The notes below the pieces were generated by a model, which saw nothing but the letters and a program-made list of their open reading frames with translations, searched no databases and had not been told where the DNA came from. Below, piece by piece: positions 53,821-63,218 of a stretch of DNA of 64,000 nucleotides (its first letter is position 1; each line of letters starts with the position of its first letter). Where the stretch lies: contig JASEGJ010000001.1 of the NCBI GenBank assembly GCA_030018135.1, positions 74,991 through 138,990 of the forward strand, given 5' to 3'. A program made the translations under genes and the position numbers. Source of the DNA: Candidatus Hodarchaeaceae archaeon (GTDB lineage: Archaea > Hadarchaeota > Hadarchaeia > Hadarchaeales > Hadarchaeaceae).

Positions 53821-54797
53821 GATTGGTTGACCAAGTTAGGATTGCGTTCGGCACGGGCATCGTGCTTGGACTCTGGCGGGGGCAGCTCGCCGTAGCCCCA
53901 ACGACCGCGCACCTTTTGACGTATTATGAAGGCAGATGCAACGCAAACTGCAAATTCTGCCCACAAGCCAAAGGGAGCAGGGCGGACTTAAGGATGCTCT
54001 CCCGCGTAGTCTGGCCGAGGTGCGAGTTCGAGCGGGTAATAGCTGCGCTCCGGAGAAACGGCGGCAAGTTCCATAGGCTGTGTGTTCAAGCGGTAAACCA
54101 CCCAAATGTCATCGACGATATTTGCGAGATAGTCACAAGGGTGAAGGAAGCTTGCCGACTGCCAATCTCAGTTTCGTGCCAGCCCCTGAAAAGGCCCGAC
54201 ATCGAAAAACTCGCCAGCTCAGGAGCCGAGAGAATCAGCATAGCCCTAGATGCCGCGACGCCCGAGATCTTCGACCGCATCAAGGGTTCGGCGGCAGGGG
54301 GGCCCTACAGGTGGCATGAACACCTCCGGGCGCTGGACGACGCCAAGAGAGTATTTGGGGACAGGGTCTCCACTCATTTGATCGTTGGACTCGGCGAGAC
54401 TGAACAGGAAATGATAGAGGCCATCCAATTTTTACACGACCGCGGCATTACCATTGGATTATTTGCGTTCAAGCCCATCCCAAACACGCCCTTGGCCGGG
54501 CGGGCCCAACCAGACGTATTGAGCTACCGCAGGATTCAACTCGCTCAATACTTGATAAAGCAGGACCTAACGGATGTCAAGCATATGCGCTTTAACAATG
54601 GGCTGGTGGTGGATTTCGGGGTGAACCCGGCGACATTGCAAGAGGTTGTAGATTCCCGGGTGCCGTTTATGACATCCGGCTGTCCGAACTGCAATCGCCC
54701 GTTTTATAACGAATCTCCCCTAGGGCCAATGTACAACTACCCCAGAAGGCCAACCCCGTCCGAGATGGCAACCATTAGGGTTCAGCTGGGCTTGTGA
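53817..54797 (+). CDS. radical SAM protein (BioB/LipA-like fold), candidate second LipS subunit
   Basis: CNANCKFC Cx3Cx2C motif, 4-nt overlap with upstream radical SAM gene, C-terminal extra Cys (CPNC). Confidence 0.55.
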   Translation: MRLVDQVRIAFGTGIVLGLWRGQLAVAPTTAHLLTYYEGRCNANCKFCPQAKGSRADLRMLSRVVWPRCEFERVIAALRRNGGKFHRLCVQAVNHPNVIDDICEIVTRVKEACRLPISVSCQPLKRPDIEKLASSGAERISIALDAATPEIFDRIKGSAAGGPYRWHEHLRALDDAKRVFGDRVSTHLIVGLGETEQEMIEAIQFLHDRGITIGLFAFKPIPNTPLAGRAQPDVLSYRRIQLAQYLIKQDLTDVKHMRFNNGLVVDFGVNPATLQEVVDSRVPFMTSGCPNCNRPFYNESPLGPMYNYPRRPTPSEMATIRVQLGL

Positions 54798-54855
54798 GGT
54801 GGCCTGCAACCTTTAAGTTTTGATGGCACTAGTTTTAGCTGTCTGAGGTGGTGAA

Positions 54856-55281
54856 ATGAAAGTCGGTGGTTATGAAGTCCCCGAGGACCTTTACTACAGC
54901 AGGGAACATGAGTGGGTCAGGGTAGAGGGGAAACTCGCACGCGTCGGCGTCACGGACTACGCGCAGAAGCGACTCGGCGATGTCGTCTACGTTGAGCTGC
55001 CAGAGGTGGGCAGGCGGGTTGAGCAAGCGAGTGAAACAAAGAGCAAGGCAATGGAGCTCGGCGCGTTGGAGTCGATTAAAGCGGTGGTCGCGATCTACGC
55101 ACCGTTGAGCGGCGTGGTCGAGGATGTCAACCAAGCGCTTCGGGATAGGCCTGAACTCGTCAACACCGACCCCTACGGCGAGGGCTGGGTGTGCCTAGTT
55201 GAAGCGAGTAACCTCGAAACGGAACTCAAAAATCTGATGAGCGCAAGTGCCTACGCCGAGTTCTTGAAGGGCTTGAAATAG
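54856..55281 (+). CDS. gcvH: glycine cleavage system H protein
   Basis: lipoyl-lysine motif ESIKAV, about 140 aa. Confidence 0.9.
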   Translation: MKVGGYEVPEDLYYSREHEWVRVEGKLARVGVTDYAQKRLGDVVYVELPEVGRRVEQASETKSKAMELGALESIKAVVAIYAPLSGVVEDVNQALRDRPELVNTDPYGEGWVCLVEASNLETELKNLMSASAYAEFLKGLK

Positions 55282-55293
55282 CTCGGTGGTAAC

Positions 55294-56682
55294 GTGGGCC
55301 ACCCATACGTCTCAAACGATGCGAGGACGAGAGAGCAGATGCTTCACGAGATAGGAGTGACAAACATCGATGGCCTGTTCGCTGATGTGCCGAGTGAAAT
55401 TAGGCTGAAACGCCCACTCAATTTGCCCGGCCCGATGTCGGAGTTGGAAACTAGGCGCCATGTGCAAGCGATGCTCGCAAAAAATAAGCCATTCACGCAG
55501 ATGCTATCATTTCTGGGCGGCGGGGTCTGGCCCCATCACGTACCTGCCCACGTTCGCTCGCTCGCGCAGCGCTCGGAGTTTCTGACGGCATATACCCCAT
55601 ATCAACCCGAGATAAGCCAAGGCATGCTCCAAGCGCTTTTCGAGTACCAAAGCATGATTTGCGAACTCACCGGTATGGAGGTGGCAAACGCATCCATGTA
55701 CGACTGGGCGACCTCACTAGGCGAGGCCGCACTTATGTGCGCCAGAGTTACGGGCAGGCGGAAATTTATCGTGCCTGAGCTGATCGGCCCGGAGCGGTTT
55801 GCAACGCTACAAAATTATGCTTTGGGCCCAGCTCTTGAGCTCGTAAAAGTCGGCTACGACCGCCGCACCGGTCAGCTTGACCCATCAAAGCTACGCGCGG
55901 AGCTCGGGCGGGACGTGGCGGGGGTCTACATCGAGAACCCAAGTTATCTGGGTTTTTTGGAGACGCAGGTTGATGAAATAGCCGCCGCAGCGCATGAGGT
56001 TGGAGCACTTTTCGTCGTCGGCGTTAATCCGATTTCGCTGGGGTTGCTCAAGGCGCCGGGCGAATACGGCGCGGACATCGTCATAGGCGAAGGGCAGCCG
56101 CTCGGCAATCCAGTTAGCTTCGGCGGGCCGCTCTTGGGTATCTTCGCTTGTCGGGATGACCAAAAGCTGGTGAGGCAAATGCCGGGGAGGATAATAGGGA
56201 TGACTACGACGCTCGACGGCAAAACGGTGGGCTTTGTCATGGTACTGCAGACGAGGGAGCAGCACATCCGCCGCGAGCGGGCAACTTCCAACATATGCTC
56301 GAACGAGGCCCTGTGCGCAATCAATGTCGCGATTTATTTGGCATCGCTTGGACCAAGGGGGCTCCGCGAACTTGGGGAGATCTGCGCCGCGAATGCTAGC
56401 TATGCCATCGAAAAGCTCAATAAAATAGATGGTTTGTTGGTACCTATTTTCGATTCGCCCCATTTCAACGAGTTCACGCTCAATTGCGATCGCTCCAATT
56501 TATCCATTTCCAGCCTAAACGCCAAGCTGCTCGAGCGTGGCATCCAAGGCGGCAAGCCCATTCGCGAGGAGTTTCCTGAACTCGGTGAAACATCCCTGAT
56601 GTGCACCACGGAGCTGCATTCGGGGGTGGACATCGACCGCCTAGCCGAGGCACTCACAGATGTGGTGAGGGCGAAATCGTGA
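55294..56682 (+). CDS. gcvPA: glycine dehydrogenase (decarboxylating) subunit 1
   Basis: 462 aa N-terminal P-protein half. Confidence 0.9.
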   Translation: MGHPYVSNDARTREQMLHEIGVTNIDGLFADVPSEIRLKRPLNLPGPMSELETRRHVQAMLAKNKPFTQMLSFLGGGVWPHHVPAHVRSLAQRSEFLTAYTPYQPEISQGMLQALFEYQSMICELTGMEVANASMYDWATSLGEAALMCARVTGRRKFIVPELIGPERFATLQNYALGPALELVKVGYDRRTGQLDPSKLRAELGRDVAGVYIENPSYLGFLETQVDEIAAAAHEVGALFVVGVNPISLGLLKAPGEYGADIVIGEGQPLGNPVSFGGPLLGIFACRDDQKLVRQMPGRIIGMTTTLDGKTVGFVMVLQTREQHIRRERATSNICSNEALCAINVAIYLASLGPRGLRELGEICAANASYAIEKLNKIDGLLVPIFDSPHFNEFTLNCDRSNLSISSLNAKLLERGIQGGKPIREEFPELGETSLMCTTELHSGVDIDRLAEALTDVVRAKS

Positions 56683-58193
56683 GCGATTGGTACAGACAGG
56701 CTCGGTGGGATCGAGAGGGGCGCCTAGAACCGCTCGTCTTCGAACTCGGCGGGCCAGGGCACATCGGGTACTCGTTACCTAAACCGCCCGAACATACAAA
56801 TTTGCCCAAACATCTTCTGCGGACCGAACTGCGGCTGCCCGAGCTTTCGGAGGTCGAGGTCGTCAGGCATTACACCCGCCTATCGCAGATGAACTATTGC
56901 GTCGACCTGGGCACATATCCGCTGGGTTCGTGCACCATGAAGTACAACCCGAAGCTATGCGAGGAGCTAGCCTCGCTGGAGACGGCAACTTGCATCCATC
57001 CTTATCAAGCTGAGGGGACTGTGCAGGGGGCACTCGAACTCATGTACAAGCTCGAGCGTTGTCTGGCGGAAATAGCCGGCGTGGCGCGCGTCTGTTTGCA
57101 CCCCTCCGCCGGCGCGCACGGCGAATTCGTGAGCATGCTGATCACCCGAGCGTATCACGAATTCAACGGTGAACAGGACGAGCGCACCCAAGTCATAGTG
57201 CCCGATTCGGCCCACGGCACGAACCCGGCGAGTGCGGCGATGGCGGGCTACGAAGTTCTCATCGTGCCATCGGATGCTCGAGGGCGCGTCGACCTCAGGG
57301 CCTTAGAGGCAGCTGTTTCTGAGCGGACGGCGGCAATGATGCTGACAAATCCTAACACCCTCGGCCTATTCGAGGACAGGGTCGTGGATATCGTCGAACT
57401 CGTCCACGATGTGGGGGGACTGCTTTTTTACGATGGCGCCAATCTGAACGGTATACTCGGCAAGTCCCGCGCAGGGGACATGGGGTTCGACATCGTGCAC
57501 TTCAACCTGCATAAAACCTTCGCCACGCCGCACGGCGGCGGCGGCCCGGGCGCGGGACCGGTGGGCGTGACGCAAGAGCTGGAGAAATTCCTGCCGGTGC
57601 CGGTCGTCGAATACGATGAAAAAAGAGGCGAGTATTATCTGGACTATGATCGACCAAATTCAGTGGGCAAGGTCAGGGCATTTTACGGCAATTTTGGCGT
57701 GCTGGTAAAGGCCTACGCATACATCCTGATGATGGGTGCCCGCGGCCTGGAGGAGGCCGCAGAGGCGGCGGTGCTCAACGCAAATTACGTCATGCGCAAG
57801 CTATCGGGCACGAGGGGATATGAGCTAAAGTTCGATGCGACTGGACCTTGCAAGCACGAGGTGGTCTTCAGCGCTGAGCCCCTGAAGCGCGAGACTGGTA
57901 TCGGTGCACGCGAGGTAGCAAAGCGATTGCTTGATTATGGCATGCATGCCCCCACCTATTACTTTCCGCCCATAGTCAGCGAGGCGCTGATGATCGAACC
58001 CACCGAGAGTGAGTCGAGGGATGAAATAGACCGCCTTATCAACGCTCTAAAGGCAATAGCCGTCGAAGCTAGCACGGACCCCGAAAAGCTCCGCGCCGCG
58101 CCGACGGTCACAGCGATCGGACGATTGGATGAGGTTAAGGCATCGCGCGAACCTATTTTGAGCTGGCGGATGTACAGGAAGCATCGGGCATAG
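56679..58193 (+). CDS. gcvPB: glycine dehydrogenase (decarboxylating) subunit 2
   Basis: PLP-lysine region HFNLHKTFATPHGGGGPG; GTG start overlapping gcvPA stop (GTGA); conserved N-terminus VSDWYRQ…EPLVFELG. Confidence 0.9.
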   Translation: MSDWYRQARWDREGRLEPLVFELGGPGHIGYSLPKPPEHTNLPKHLLRTELRLPELSEVEVVRHYTRLSQMNYCVDLGTYPLGSCTMKYNPKLCEELASLETATCIHPYQAEGTVQGALELMYKLERCLAEIAGVARVCLHPSAGAHGEFVSMLITRAYHEFNGEQDERTQVIVPDSAHGTNPASAAMAGYEVLIVPSDARGRVDLRALEAAVSERTAAMMLTNPNTLGLFEDRVVDIVELVHDVGGLLFYDGANLNGILGKSRAGDMGFDIVHFNLHKTFATPHGGGGPGAGPVGVTQELEKFLPVPVVEYDEKRGEYYLDYDRPNSVGKVRAFYGNFGVLVKAYAYILMMGARGLEEAAEAAVLNANYVMRKLSGTRGYELKFDATGPCKHEVVFSAEPLKRETGIGAREVAKRLLDYGMHAPTYYFPPIVSEALMIEPTESESRDEIDRLINALKAIAVEASTDPEKLRAAPTVTAIGRLDEVKASREPILSWRMYRKHRA

Positions 58194-58195
58194 AC

Positions 58196-59308
58196 ATGCA
58201 AAAATTGGGCCTCATCGTCAACCCAATCGCTGGAATTGGCGGGCGCGTCGGCCTCAAAGGTTCAGATGGAAAGGAGGTCATCAAGAAGGCGATGGCGCTC
58301 GGCGCCAAGCCCGTGTCGCCTCAAAGGGCGGTGGAGGCCCCAAGGGAATTGGTACCCTTAAAGGAAAAAATCCTCCTGGTAACTTACCCGCGTGAGATGG
58401 GCGAAGACGAGGCCAAGAAGGCTGGTTTCGCTCCGAAGGTGATAGGAGAGATAACCTCTGGACAGACCACGGCTGAGGACACAAAACGGGCCGCTAGGGA
58501 AATGCGAGACCTAGGTGTGGACCTTATCTTATTGGCGGGCGGAGATGGGACCGCTCGCGACGTTTATGATGCCATTGGAGTAGACATACCCGTCCTCGGC
58601 GTACCCTCCGGCGTTAAAATGCACTCAGCAGTTTTTGCGATCAACCCTTGGGCGGCCGCAAGAATAGCTATGGAGTTTTTGTGGGAAGAACTGCCGTTGA
58701 AAGAGACAGAAGTCATGGATTTAGATGAAGAAGCCTATAGGCGGGGAAGGCTGTCGGCGAAGCTCTACGGATATTTGTTAACCCCTTACGAGCCAAGTTT
58801 AATTCAAGGCGTAAAGTTTGCTAGTTCAACGACGGAAGTTGAAAGGGATGAACAAGCGGCGATAGCAAAACATGTCGTCGAAGAAATGAAGCCTAACATC
58901 GTTTACATCCTAGGCCCGGGGACGACGACGCGCGCGGTAGCTGAGGAGCTGGGCATTCGCAACTCAACATTGCTCGGCGTTGACCTCCTTGTAGACCGTA
59001 AGCTCGTGGCAGGCGATGTCAATGAACAACAAATTCTCCAAGCAATCGAGGGAAAGCCAGCGACGATCCTCGTCAGCCCCATAGGCAAGCAGGGCTTCAT
59101 CTTCGGGCGCGGCAATCAGCAACTGAGTCCCGAGGTCATCCGCCGCGTCGGGAAAGATAATATTTTGGTGCTCGCGACCCCGCAGAAGCTAGCGCTGACC
59201 CCGGTTCTAAAGGTGGACACGGGCGACGCCAAGCTCGACGACGAGCTCCGCGGATACATCCGCGCGATCACGGGCTACCGTCAGACCCGGGTGGTTAAGG
59301 TCGTCTAG
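58196..59308 (+). CDS. ATP-NAD kinase / diacylglycerol-kinase superfamily protein (COG3199-like)
   Basis: GGDGT motif (LLAGGDGTARDV), 370 aa. Confidence 0.5.
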   Translation: MQKLGLIVNPIAGIGGRVGLKGSDGKEVIKKAMALGAKPVSPQRAVEAPRELVPLKEKILLVTYPREMGEDEAKKAGFAPKVIGEITSGQTTAEDTKRAAREMRDLGVDLILLAGGDGTARDVYDAIGVDIPVLGVPSGVKMHSAVFAINPWAAARIAMEFLWEELPLKETEVMDLDEEAYRRGRLSAKLYGYLLTPYEPSLIQGVKFASSTTEVERDEQAAIAKHVVEEMKPNIVYILGPGTTTRAVAEELGIRNSTLLGVDLLVDRKLVAGDVNEQQILQAIEGKPATILVSPIGKQGFIFGRGNQQLSPEVIRRVGKDNILVLATPQKLALTPVLKVDTGDAKLDDELRGYIRAITGYRQTRVVKVV

Positions 59309-59831
59309 CATGGAGTTTGTTCAAGCATCTTTCACAAAACTTCGCCTTCTTTTCATCGACCTCAAAGATGCTGTTTGAAAACGTCATAACGCACCCAAGA
59401 GCAGAACAATGGTTAAGCCCGAAGGTGTGCCCAAGCTCGTGAACGGCCTCCTTCGTAGCCCGTTTGAGCAAGAGTTCATAGTCAGAGGGTTCGCCGTAGA
59501 ATGCTGGATCTAAGCGACGAAGTGAAACGAGGGCGACAGTTCCAGGACACTGAGCTTGACCGAATACGAAGTTCAACCTTGGCACGTAAAGATCAACGTC
59601 GGTTAGCGCAAGCACCTTGCCTTCGCCTCTCGCCGTGTGCAGCACCCGCTCCAGAACGATGTCGGCGCGATATTGCATACGATGGGGGTCGTAGGCGGCG
59701 ACAGGCAGCTCTAGGGGGGTGCCGACCTGACAGCCCTCGACGAACTTCTCGTACCTTTTTAAAAGCCTCGGCATGAGATCTCGTAGCAACTTATTCGGGA
59801 TCTCGCCGATTTTGATAATATTGATCATCAA
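59295..59831 (-). CDS. amzA: archaemetzincin (zinc metalloprotease)
   Basis: HELGHTFGLNHC zinc-binding motif plus C-terminal CxxC. Confidence 0.85.
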   Translation of the reverse strand: MMINIIKIGEIPNKLLRDLMPRLLKRYEKFVEGCQVGTPLELPVAAYDPHRMQYRADIVLERVLHTARGEGKVLALTDVDLYVPRLNFVFGQAQCPGTVALVSLRRLDPAFYGEPSDYELLLKRATKEAVHELGHTFGLNHCSALGCVMTFSNSIFEVDEKKAKFCERCLNKLHARRP

Positions 59832-59963
59832 ATTATTGCCTCAGACCTGGGTTATCCTACATCCCATTTCTCGGTTTTCTTTGCGCTCAAAGCACTGCTC
59901 ACGATAAACACCGGCGTGATTAAGCATTTTAACTCTAGATGCAAGCTGAATAGTGGTAAGACC

Positions 59964-60452
59964 ATGAGCAAGAAAGCTAAGCGAAGTCAAGCAGCCCGAC
60001 TGGCACCGATGCCCAAGAAACTTCTGATGAAAATGAAGGTTAAGGATGTCATGAATCCCAGGCCTAGGTCGATCTCCCCAGAAGCCTCGATAGATGACAT
60101 GATAGAGCGGCTTCGACAGCAAATAGAGGACTGCTTCCCGGTCGTCGATAAAGGGGGCAAGCTTGTCGGCATCATCACGGAGAGCGATATCTTGGGCGCC
60201 CTGCAGACTCCCGCGCGCCAAGCGACGGTCGGCGGCGCGATGGTTAGAAATGTAATGAAGCGCATGGCGAGCAACGTCGGCGAGATGATGACCAAGTACC
60301 CGATCACCGCAACACCGGAGATGACCATCCAGGAAACCCTAGACGTAATGGTGGCCCACAAGCTTCGCCACCTGCCAGTCGTCAAGGGCGAAAAATTGGT
60401 AGGACTGATCTGCATACGGGACATTTTGAACATATATCACTTAGTTAGGTAG
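59964..60452 (+). CDS. CBS-domain pair protein with Lys-rich N-terminal tail
   Basis: two CBS motifs; several possible Met starts (59964/60009/60033). Confidence 0.7.
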   Translation: MSKKAKRSQAARLAPMPKKLLMKMKVKDVMNPRPRSISPEASIDDMIERLRQQIEDCFPVVDKGGKLVGIITESDILGALQTPARQATVGGAMVRNVMKRMASNVGEMMTKYPITATPEMTIQETLDVMVAHKLRHLPVVKGEKLVGLICIRDILNIYHLVR

Positions 60453-60460
60453 GGATAAGC

Positions 60461-61666
60461 ATGACGGTCGAATTTTCGTCCGTGTTGTTATATTTGGCTA
60501 TCTTCCTTATAGCCGCAAAGCTCAGCGCGCTGCTGGCGGCTAAGTTAAAGCAACCGGGCGTATTCGGGGAGCTTTTAGCCGGTATACTCATCGGACCGTC
60601 CATAGCTGGATGGATGTCGGAACAACTCGGTTTGCCTCCCCTCGTGGAACCCGCTTCCGAAGCCGGTGCGTTCATCGGTGTATTTGCAGATATCGGCATA
60701 GTTTTACTCCTATTTCTGGCCGGTTTATCGGTAGATGTCGACCAACTGAGGGCGGCTGGCAAGGCGGCCATATATGTGGCAATCAGCGGCATCCTTATGG
60801 CATTTGGGCTGGGTTTTGGCGTGGCAAGCCTTTGCGGCTGGTCTAGCCTGCAGGCAGCATTCGTCGGCGCGGTGCTTGCCGCGACGAGCGTCGGCATCAC
60901 GGTCAGGACGTTGATGGACGTTCATCAGCTGCATACCCGAGTGGGCATGACAATCTTGGGCGCCGCGGTGTTGGACGACATAATAGGCATATTCATCTTG
61001 GCCGCGTTGGCTGGCATTAGCCTTGGGGGCTTCTCGCTCGGCGGGTTCGGCAAGCTTGCCGGCTTGGTGGCAATTTTCCTCGTGCTGAGCATTTATGTCG
61101 GTTTCAAGGCGATGCCCCGCCTGCTCACGCGTGCTGCAAAATTGCCGGTGGAGGAGATGACCCTGTCGGTCGCTTTAGCGTTTGTTTTCTTAATGAGCAT
61201 GTTCGCGGAAAAGGTTGAGCTTGCGGCGATCACGGGCGCATTTGTGGCCGGCATCGTGTTAAGCAGGGCACCCGTAGCCGACGCGTTGACCAACAAGCTC
61301 TCGACGATCGGCTACGGCCTATTTATTCCGCTATTTTTTGTGGAGATGGGCGTGCGCACGAATCTGCAGGCACTTTGGGGCGTTAGCGTTTTGGCACTTG
61401 GGATAGTGGGCGTCGCGATTTTCGACAAGGTGGCGGGATGCGGAATTGGCGCCCTCATCGGCGGGTTTGGACCTCGCGACTCCGTGCGCATCGGCGTTGG
61501 TATGATGCCACGTGCAGAGGTGGCATTGATCATCGCATCCTTCGGCGCCAAGGCTGGGATCGTCACCTCAGAGTTGTTCTCGATCACGGTTATGATAGTA
61601 CTGGTGACGTCCCTTCTCAGCCCAGTGATGACCAGACAAGCGTTTAGGGGGAGGCAAGCGGCTTGA
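60461..61666 (+). CDS. monovalent cation:proton antiporter (CPA family Na+/H+ exchanger)
   Basis: 401 aa, 11-12 TM helices, Na_H_Exchanger-type pattern. Confidence 0.8.
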   Translation: MTVEFSSVLLYLAIFLIAAKLSALLAAKLKQPGVFGELLAGILIGPSIAGWMSEQLGLPPLVEPASEAGAFIGVFADIGIVLLLFLAGLSVDVDQLRAAGKAAIYVAISGILMAFGLGFGVASLCGWSSLQAAFVGAVLAATSVGITVRTLMDVHQLHTRVGMTILGAAVLDDIIGIFILAALAGISLGGFSLGGFGKLAGLVAIFLVLSIYVGFKAMPRLLTRAAKLPVEEMTLSVALAFVFLMSMFAEKVELAAITGAFVAGIVLSRAPVADALTNKLSTIGYGLFIPLFFVEMGVRTNLQALWGVSVLALGIVGVAIFDKVAGCGIGALIGGFGPRDSVRIGVGMMPRAEVALIIASFGAKAGIVTSELFSITVMIVLVTSLLSPVMTRQAFRGRQAA

Positions 61667-61704
61667 TGCACATAAACACAAAATAGACGCACGGGGTCAA
61701 ACAA

Positions 61705-63168
61705 TTGTTTCGAGCCAAATACGGTACTAACTTGCGTTGGATTTTACAAATACTTCTGTTGATCACGTTTCTGTACAGCACGATAAACGCACAGCAGGAG
61801 CCATCGGCCAATCGAGCATACGCACATGTACAATTTTTGACCGGCCTTGGACCGCGTCTTGCTGGCACCACGACCGAAGCCATCGCCGCAGGTTACATTG
61901 AGAACGAGTTTCGTTCGTATGGCATGGATACGTGGATTGAGAGCTTTGTGATCGAGAATTCGTATGTGGTAGAGGAAAGTCGCCTGTCCGTGCTGCAGCC
62001 AATACAAGTGGATTTGACGTGCGTTCCGGTGATACATTCACCGTCTCGTACAGTGACCGGACAACTCGCATACGTGAGCGATGTCCCCGAGAATAGAGAT
62101 CAGCTGCGCGAGCATATCGTGTTAATTGAGAAAACCAAGCTCTCCCGCGAACTCGTCGACTTGCCCCCTCTGGCCATATTAACGTATTTGGAGAACATGC
62201 CAGCCATATCGGAGATGTGGCCAAATCCGCCAAAAGTGCCAATAGTCTGGATCTCCGGCCGCGATGCACTGGAGTTGATAAAACTTCTTGAACAAGACCA
62301 AGTCGTGGTGGGGCTTCGGGTGGCGGCGAGGACGGAGAGGCGCGCATCCTACAATGCTGTAGCGCGCCTACCAGGTGAAAGCAGCGAAGCAGTAGTCGTG
62401 AACGCACATCACGACTCTATGTTGACGCCTGGAGCAGTTGATGACGCGTCTGGCGTTGCGGTCGTGCTCGAAATCGCCCGCGTGCTTTCCTCGGAGAGGT
62501 TAAAAAGAACCGTAATTTTTGCGACATTTGGCGGGGAGGAGTTCGGCTTGTTTGGTAGCGCGGATTTCGTGATTAAACATAAAGATGACGAAATCGCTGC
62601 GGCAATCACCTTCGATTGCATCGGCGCCGGTCCGGAAAATGGATTGCGCATCGGCCTTGAGGATTCGCCGCAATACGCAACTACTGAATGGCTGGACGTT
62701 TGTGTTCAAAGGATCGCGGAAAATCTCGGATTTTATGTGCAATCCGAGCACTTGAATGCAGTCGGCGGCTATAGCGATCATGTGAGCTTTGTTAAAGCGG
62801 GGATTCCGGCAACTTGGGTATATTGGATAAATCCCGAATACGGGTACGATGTCCTCGGGCCAGTTCATACCCTCGACGACGACCTTGACGCCATCGATAA
62901 AATCAGACTACAGCAGGTCGCATCGATCGGCGTTGAGGTGGTCCGCTGGCTCGCTGGCGAGAATTTAGAAGCCTGGCTTCGTGCGCACGAGTTCCCGGTC
63001 AGGGCGGCGGCATTTACTGTCGTCAGCGTGGGGGCTATAATTCTCGCAATTGGCGTCTGTTGCTTTGCTCGCTATAGACGAGGTTGGACATGGGGGCGGG
63101 CGGCTTGGGTACTCTCGCTGGTGGCAGGTGCCGCCATAGTTTTAGCTTACTTGTTGATACTTGTTTAA
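61705..63168 (+). CDS. M28-family zinc aminopeptidase, secreted with C-terminal membrane anchor
   Basis: signal peptide, HHDSML…DDASGVAVVLE…GGEEFGLFGS metal-binding motifs, C-terminal TM helix. Confidence 0.75.
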   Translation: MFRAKYGTNLRWILQILLLITFLYSTINAQQEPSANRAYAHVQFLTGLGPRLAGTTTEAIAAGYIENEFRSYGMDTWIESFVIENSYVVEESRLSVLQPIQVDLTCVPVIHSPSRTVTGQLAYVSDVPENRDQLREHIVLIEKTKLSRELVDLPPLAILTYLENMPAISEMWPNPPKVPIVWISGRDALELIKLLEQDQVVVGLRVAARTERRASYNAVARLPGESSEAVVVNAHHDSMLTPGAVDDASGVAVVLEIARVLSSERLKRTVIFATFGGEEFGLFGSADFVIKHKDDEIAAAITFDCIGAGPENGLRIGLEDSPQYATTEWLDVCVQRIAENLGFYVQSEHLNAVGGYSDHVSFVKAGIPATWVYWINPEYGYDVLGPVHTLDDDLDAIDKIRLQQVASIGVEVVRWLAGENLEAWLRAHEFPVRAAAFTVVSVGAIILAIGVCCFARYRRGWTWGRAAWVLSLVAGAAIVLAYLLILV

Positions 63169-63218
63169 ATGTTGAACATTTAAGGGTGCAGGTGAAATAA
63201 TTTTGCGAAGGTGCGGGG

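Noticed and set aside
59841-60221. 126-aa minus-strand ORF
   Set aside because: Antisense to a CBS-pair gene with clear CBS motifs and a sensible start; artefact.
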